The notes under the pieces were generated by a model. It ran no database searches, was not told the origin of the DNA, and saw only the letters and a list, made by a program, of their open reading frames with translations. The position numbers and the translations under genes were made by a program. This document shows, piece by piece, positions 60,801 to 64,000 of a stretch of 64,000 nucleotides of DNA (the first letter of the stretch is position 1; every line of letters starts with the position of its first letter). Origin of the DNA: Psilocybe cubensis (taxonomy: Eukaryota); contig CM039000.1 of the NCBI GenBank assembly GCA_017499595.2, positions 3,534,001 to 3,598,000 of the forward strand, given 5' to 3'.

Positions 60801-63709
60801 GACCCTGTGGACATCAATGAGAAGAGTAGGAGACATCATTTAAATTCTGGGATACTCCTATGATGGATAACGAGTAGTATCCCAACGTTCAAACGCCATG
60901 CCAGAACAAATGGGCTCAAACAACGATATCGGATCACCTAAGAACCTTGAGAGATTGCTCATGCATGGGGGAAGTACTACTCACTGGGCAATGGAACACG
61001 CAAAGAGTGGGGGCGTACTTCATACTTGCAGATATGAACTCGACGTGAGCGGTTTGGGAAGCTGGGCATACACCTCATACGTGATCATGGATTGATCCAC
61101 ATTCCCGTTTGGGGGCAACCATATACCTGAAGCATTGTTACTTCCTTCATAAACCATGTTTGATTTTTATTGAGTTTCGCTCCATAGAAAAAAACGACCC
61201 GGATGTACTCAGCTGGTAATATTTTGGCTTGCGGAATACGCATGACAGATATTTAGAACCTCGATGAAATGATGCACGCATATACTTCGATATCGGGGAC
61301 AAAATGACACCGCCAACCCCCCAGAACGTGAATGAGGCACATCGCTGGAGCACAGAAGTTTAAAGTCGAACGATGACTGTACTCTAAGAACATCCGATTT
61401 GCATGGGGAATTATCTAGATGCTGTAGAAAATTAGATGAACGACAGCTGGTTGGGGTTTGTACGACTTGCCTTAATATCACTGATACTCTTCCTTCGAGG
61501 AAAATTGATGTTCAATATTTCTGCTAATGGAGAGTTAGAACCGAAAATTTGAATGTCGATCGGTCGCCAAGATGTTTTCTGGATTCCGATCTCGGTTGGC
61601 CTGCCATAATGTGAAATCCATCAACATCGTCCACGTCAACTGTCTTCGACCTTGAGATATTCTTGATCTATGAAGTTTCAGTTTAACAGAAGTCTTCAGA
61701 GCTACACACCAGTTCTAGCAACGCGAATCATAGAACATAGGTGTTCATGAACATTTCGACGAGTTGAGATAGTCAGGGATGGCAGAGCCGAGTACGTAAT
61801 GCTTGATGCTGAAGGCGACAGTCCTCATGATGAGTCGTCAGAGTATTCGCTCGCTCCATAATGACCGTCGAAGCACTTCGCGGCAGAGACCTGCGTTACT
61901 CGGGTACTGTTACGAGGAACCAAATTTCCAAAATCTAACGCTTCGTGAATACAATGAAAGAAGAGGCAAGGTCGGGTGACTGTACCAAAAATATAAGACT
62001 CAGGAGGTTCGAAATGAATCAACGTCCGCAGAACGTTAGAACATCTCCTGTATATCTCCTGCGCAACTAAGCGTTTTCTGGCATGGATGCGTGTGAAACA
62101 GCCGCTACGAAATTACTCGAACGGCGGGAACGATCGTGCACTGGAGCTGGTTAGGATAGTTGAATCCAAAAGACCCCAGAATCCAAGATCATAGGTCCTA
62201 AAGATATGGTATCTGAAGTATCAGGTATTCGTCCTGGATTTACAGCTGCGGCGCGAAAATACCTTCAGGCTTCGACTAAGGGGGCAGCTTGCATGCAAGG
62301 AATTTGTCCCTCAGTCAGAAAGGTGTACCCCAAAGCAATCGACGCACGATGACCGCATTAAGATGAACCTCCGCTAGAAACGAGGATTAACTCGTGCCTG
62401 TAGATTTCCAAAATACCGCAAAAAGGGAGGAGATTGCTGTACAGATTCAGGTGCGGCAAAAGAAGGCGGTCAAATATTGACCGGCGGGGCCAGCTTTGAC
62501 AGAGAAAAAGGTCGATTTAAGATCTAGGGTATAAAATGTCTGCCTCAGACATTGAAGCATGTTCGGTGCTGACGGTGTTGTGACGACGTGTTGCGACTTC
62601 TGACAATGGAGCATGCGCTCCTGCGCTCGGGTAACAAATCGGCTTCTTGGGGATGAGGCACGGTTGGACTAAGTAGCAACATCTTTTGACCCGGTTCGCA
62701 TGCAGGGACGTTGGAATTTAAAGCCATAAGTGACTAAAGTGGAGAGAAATATCATACGCGAAGTTCCAGTCATATCTATTGCATGACAATCTGAGTTATG
62801 GATGCATTGCAACTCGAATCAGAGACATGGTGGCACATTTCCAGAGAAATCACAGTGAGCAGTGCACGAGTCACAACACGAGCAAAAGATACCGGAAGTA
62901 AGAGCATAGAGAAGGACCGAAAGACCGAAGAACAATCAATGTGTGCCATAGTTAATGGAGGATCATGCTGTAATCTGACAACCAGCAAGGTAGGAAATGG
63001 CAACTGCTGAGCATTTTCGTAAGTTGGAAATCGCTTGAAAAAGAGCACTTTGATAGAAGGACCTGACTGAGCTTACTTCCTGATGCATGATGTCAGGAAG
63101 AAAGCGAAATCCCGCCTTCCAAGCTACATGAGACACCATATGAGTTGACACGAGGCTGAATTTTGGCAAATTTGGAAAAAATTTCTCACAATAAGCGGGA
63201 AACGCAGTCAACAAAGAGCGCGATAAAGCAGCGCTGGGTAAAGGGTACTTCGTCGCAAGGCGTACACGAGGCACCTTCTTTTCTGAATGGAATATCCTTT
63301 ATCATTGGGGAGAATAATAATCGAGAGGAGAGATTTCAAAGGAAAGTATACTATATTCGTCAGTTCCAGCTGTTTAATCCGATTAAAAACTAAAACTACT
63401 TACAACTTAATACAAGGAATACGCGGAATGTTTGGCGCACTCCTTGATTATGCATTACCATTGGGGTTAGAACCAAAATGTCAGGCATCAGTAATACACA
63501 AAAATTTGCGGGTTTCACGGCTCGAAAAGAGCGACATTGATACAAAATTGAAGACACAGGCTCAATAGCGACAAAGCTCTAAGAAGAAAAGCGACAGTAG
63601 TAGACCATATATGATTGAGTGTTTCGACATCCATTGGGTCAGAAATCGTGAATGGTCATCATAATTTTGTGAAGTGTTAGCCCAGGGTCCTACACCTCAA
63701 AGTGGTTTG

Positions 63710-64000
63710 TGTTGTAAGTATAATGCGCAGTGGTGGTAAAAGATGTAGATTCACGACGTAGCTACACGGTTGTACCTACAGTAACTACGGAACCTATAGT
63801 AGAATAATCTAGAAAAAATATGATAAGATAAACTACAAGAGGAAGATAACGACTTAGCGACCAAGTCGCTCGCCGACTATCATTCCAACACTCCCCCTTA
63901 GTCGGCCAAAACTCCCAACTGCAACGTGAAACCATCGTGTGCAACGCGAGGTAAAGCCTTTGTGAAAACGTCTGCCAAATTGTTTGAAGTGTTGATGTAA
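63710..64000 (-). mobile_element. 3' end of a Ty1/copia LTR retrotransposon (RNase H C-terminus, PPT, 3' LTR); runs off the window
   Basis: Minus strand reads YINTSNNLADVFTKALPRVAHDGFTLQLGVLAD* (copia ADxFTK motif; stop 63898-63900). PPT AAGGGGGAG (63891-63899) is followed directly by TGTTGGAA (LTR start 63890). The probable LTR end is the inverted match TGTTGTAA at 63710. Confidence 0.9.

Noticed and set aside
55000-63700. Short ORFs and possible decayed F-box-like fragments (61.5-63.3 kb)
   Set aside because: Too many stops and no diagnostic motif to support a call.

Overview
Eukaryotic, intron-rich fungal DNA. Short GT-AG introns with CTAAC/CTGAC branch sites and the gene families present point to an agaricomycete (mushroom-forming basidiomycete). 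The first ~37 kb is gene-dense. It holds a mitochondrial tRNA 2-thiouridylase (SLM3/MnmA), two head-to-head DUF4140/DUF4139 paralogs separated by an internally deleted pogo-like transposon, a spliced 271-aa gene with an MLKL-like N-terminal helical domain and a C-terminal HET-s-like two-repeat amyloid motif (the top candidate), SCD6/LSM14 with an intronic snR52-type C/D snoRNA, two genes broken by C-to-T-type stop codons, a single-pass membrane protein, HEL2, a small secreted 8-Cys MiAMP1-like protein, a 7-TM protein, UBP3 with a duplicated non-coding 5' exon, and two intronless F-box-like genes. The remaining ~27 kb is gene-poor: one intronless orphan gene inside ~10 kb of microsatellite-rich DNA, and the 3' end of a Ty1/copia retrotransposon at the right edge. 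Exon boundaries were read by eye and family calls come from remembered motifs, not database searches. CDS spans include introns.
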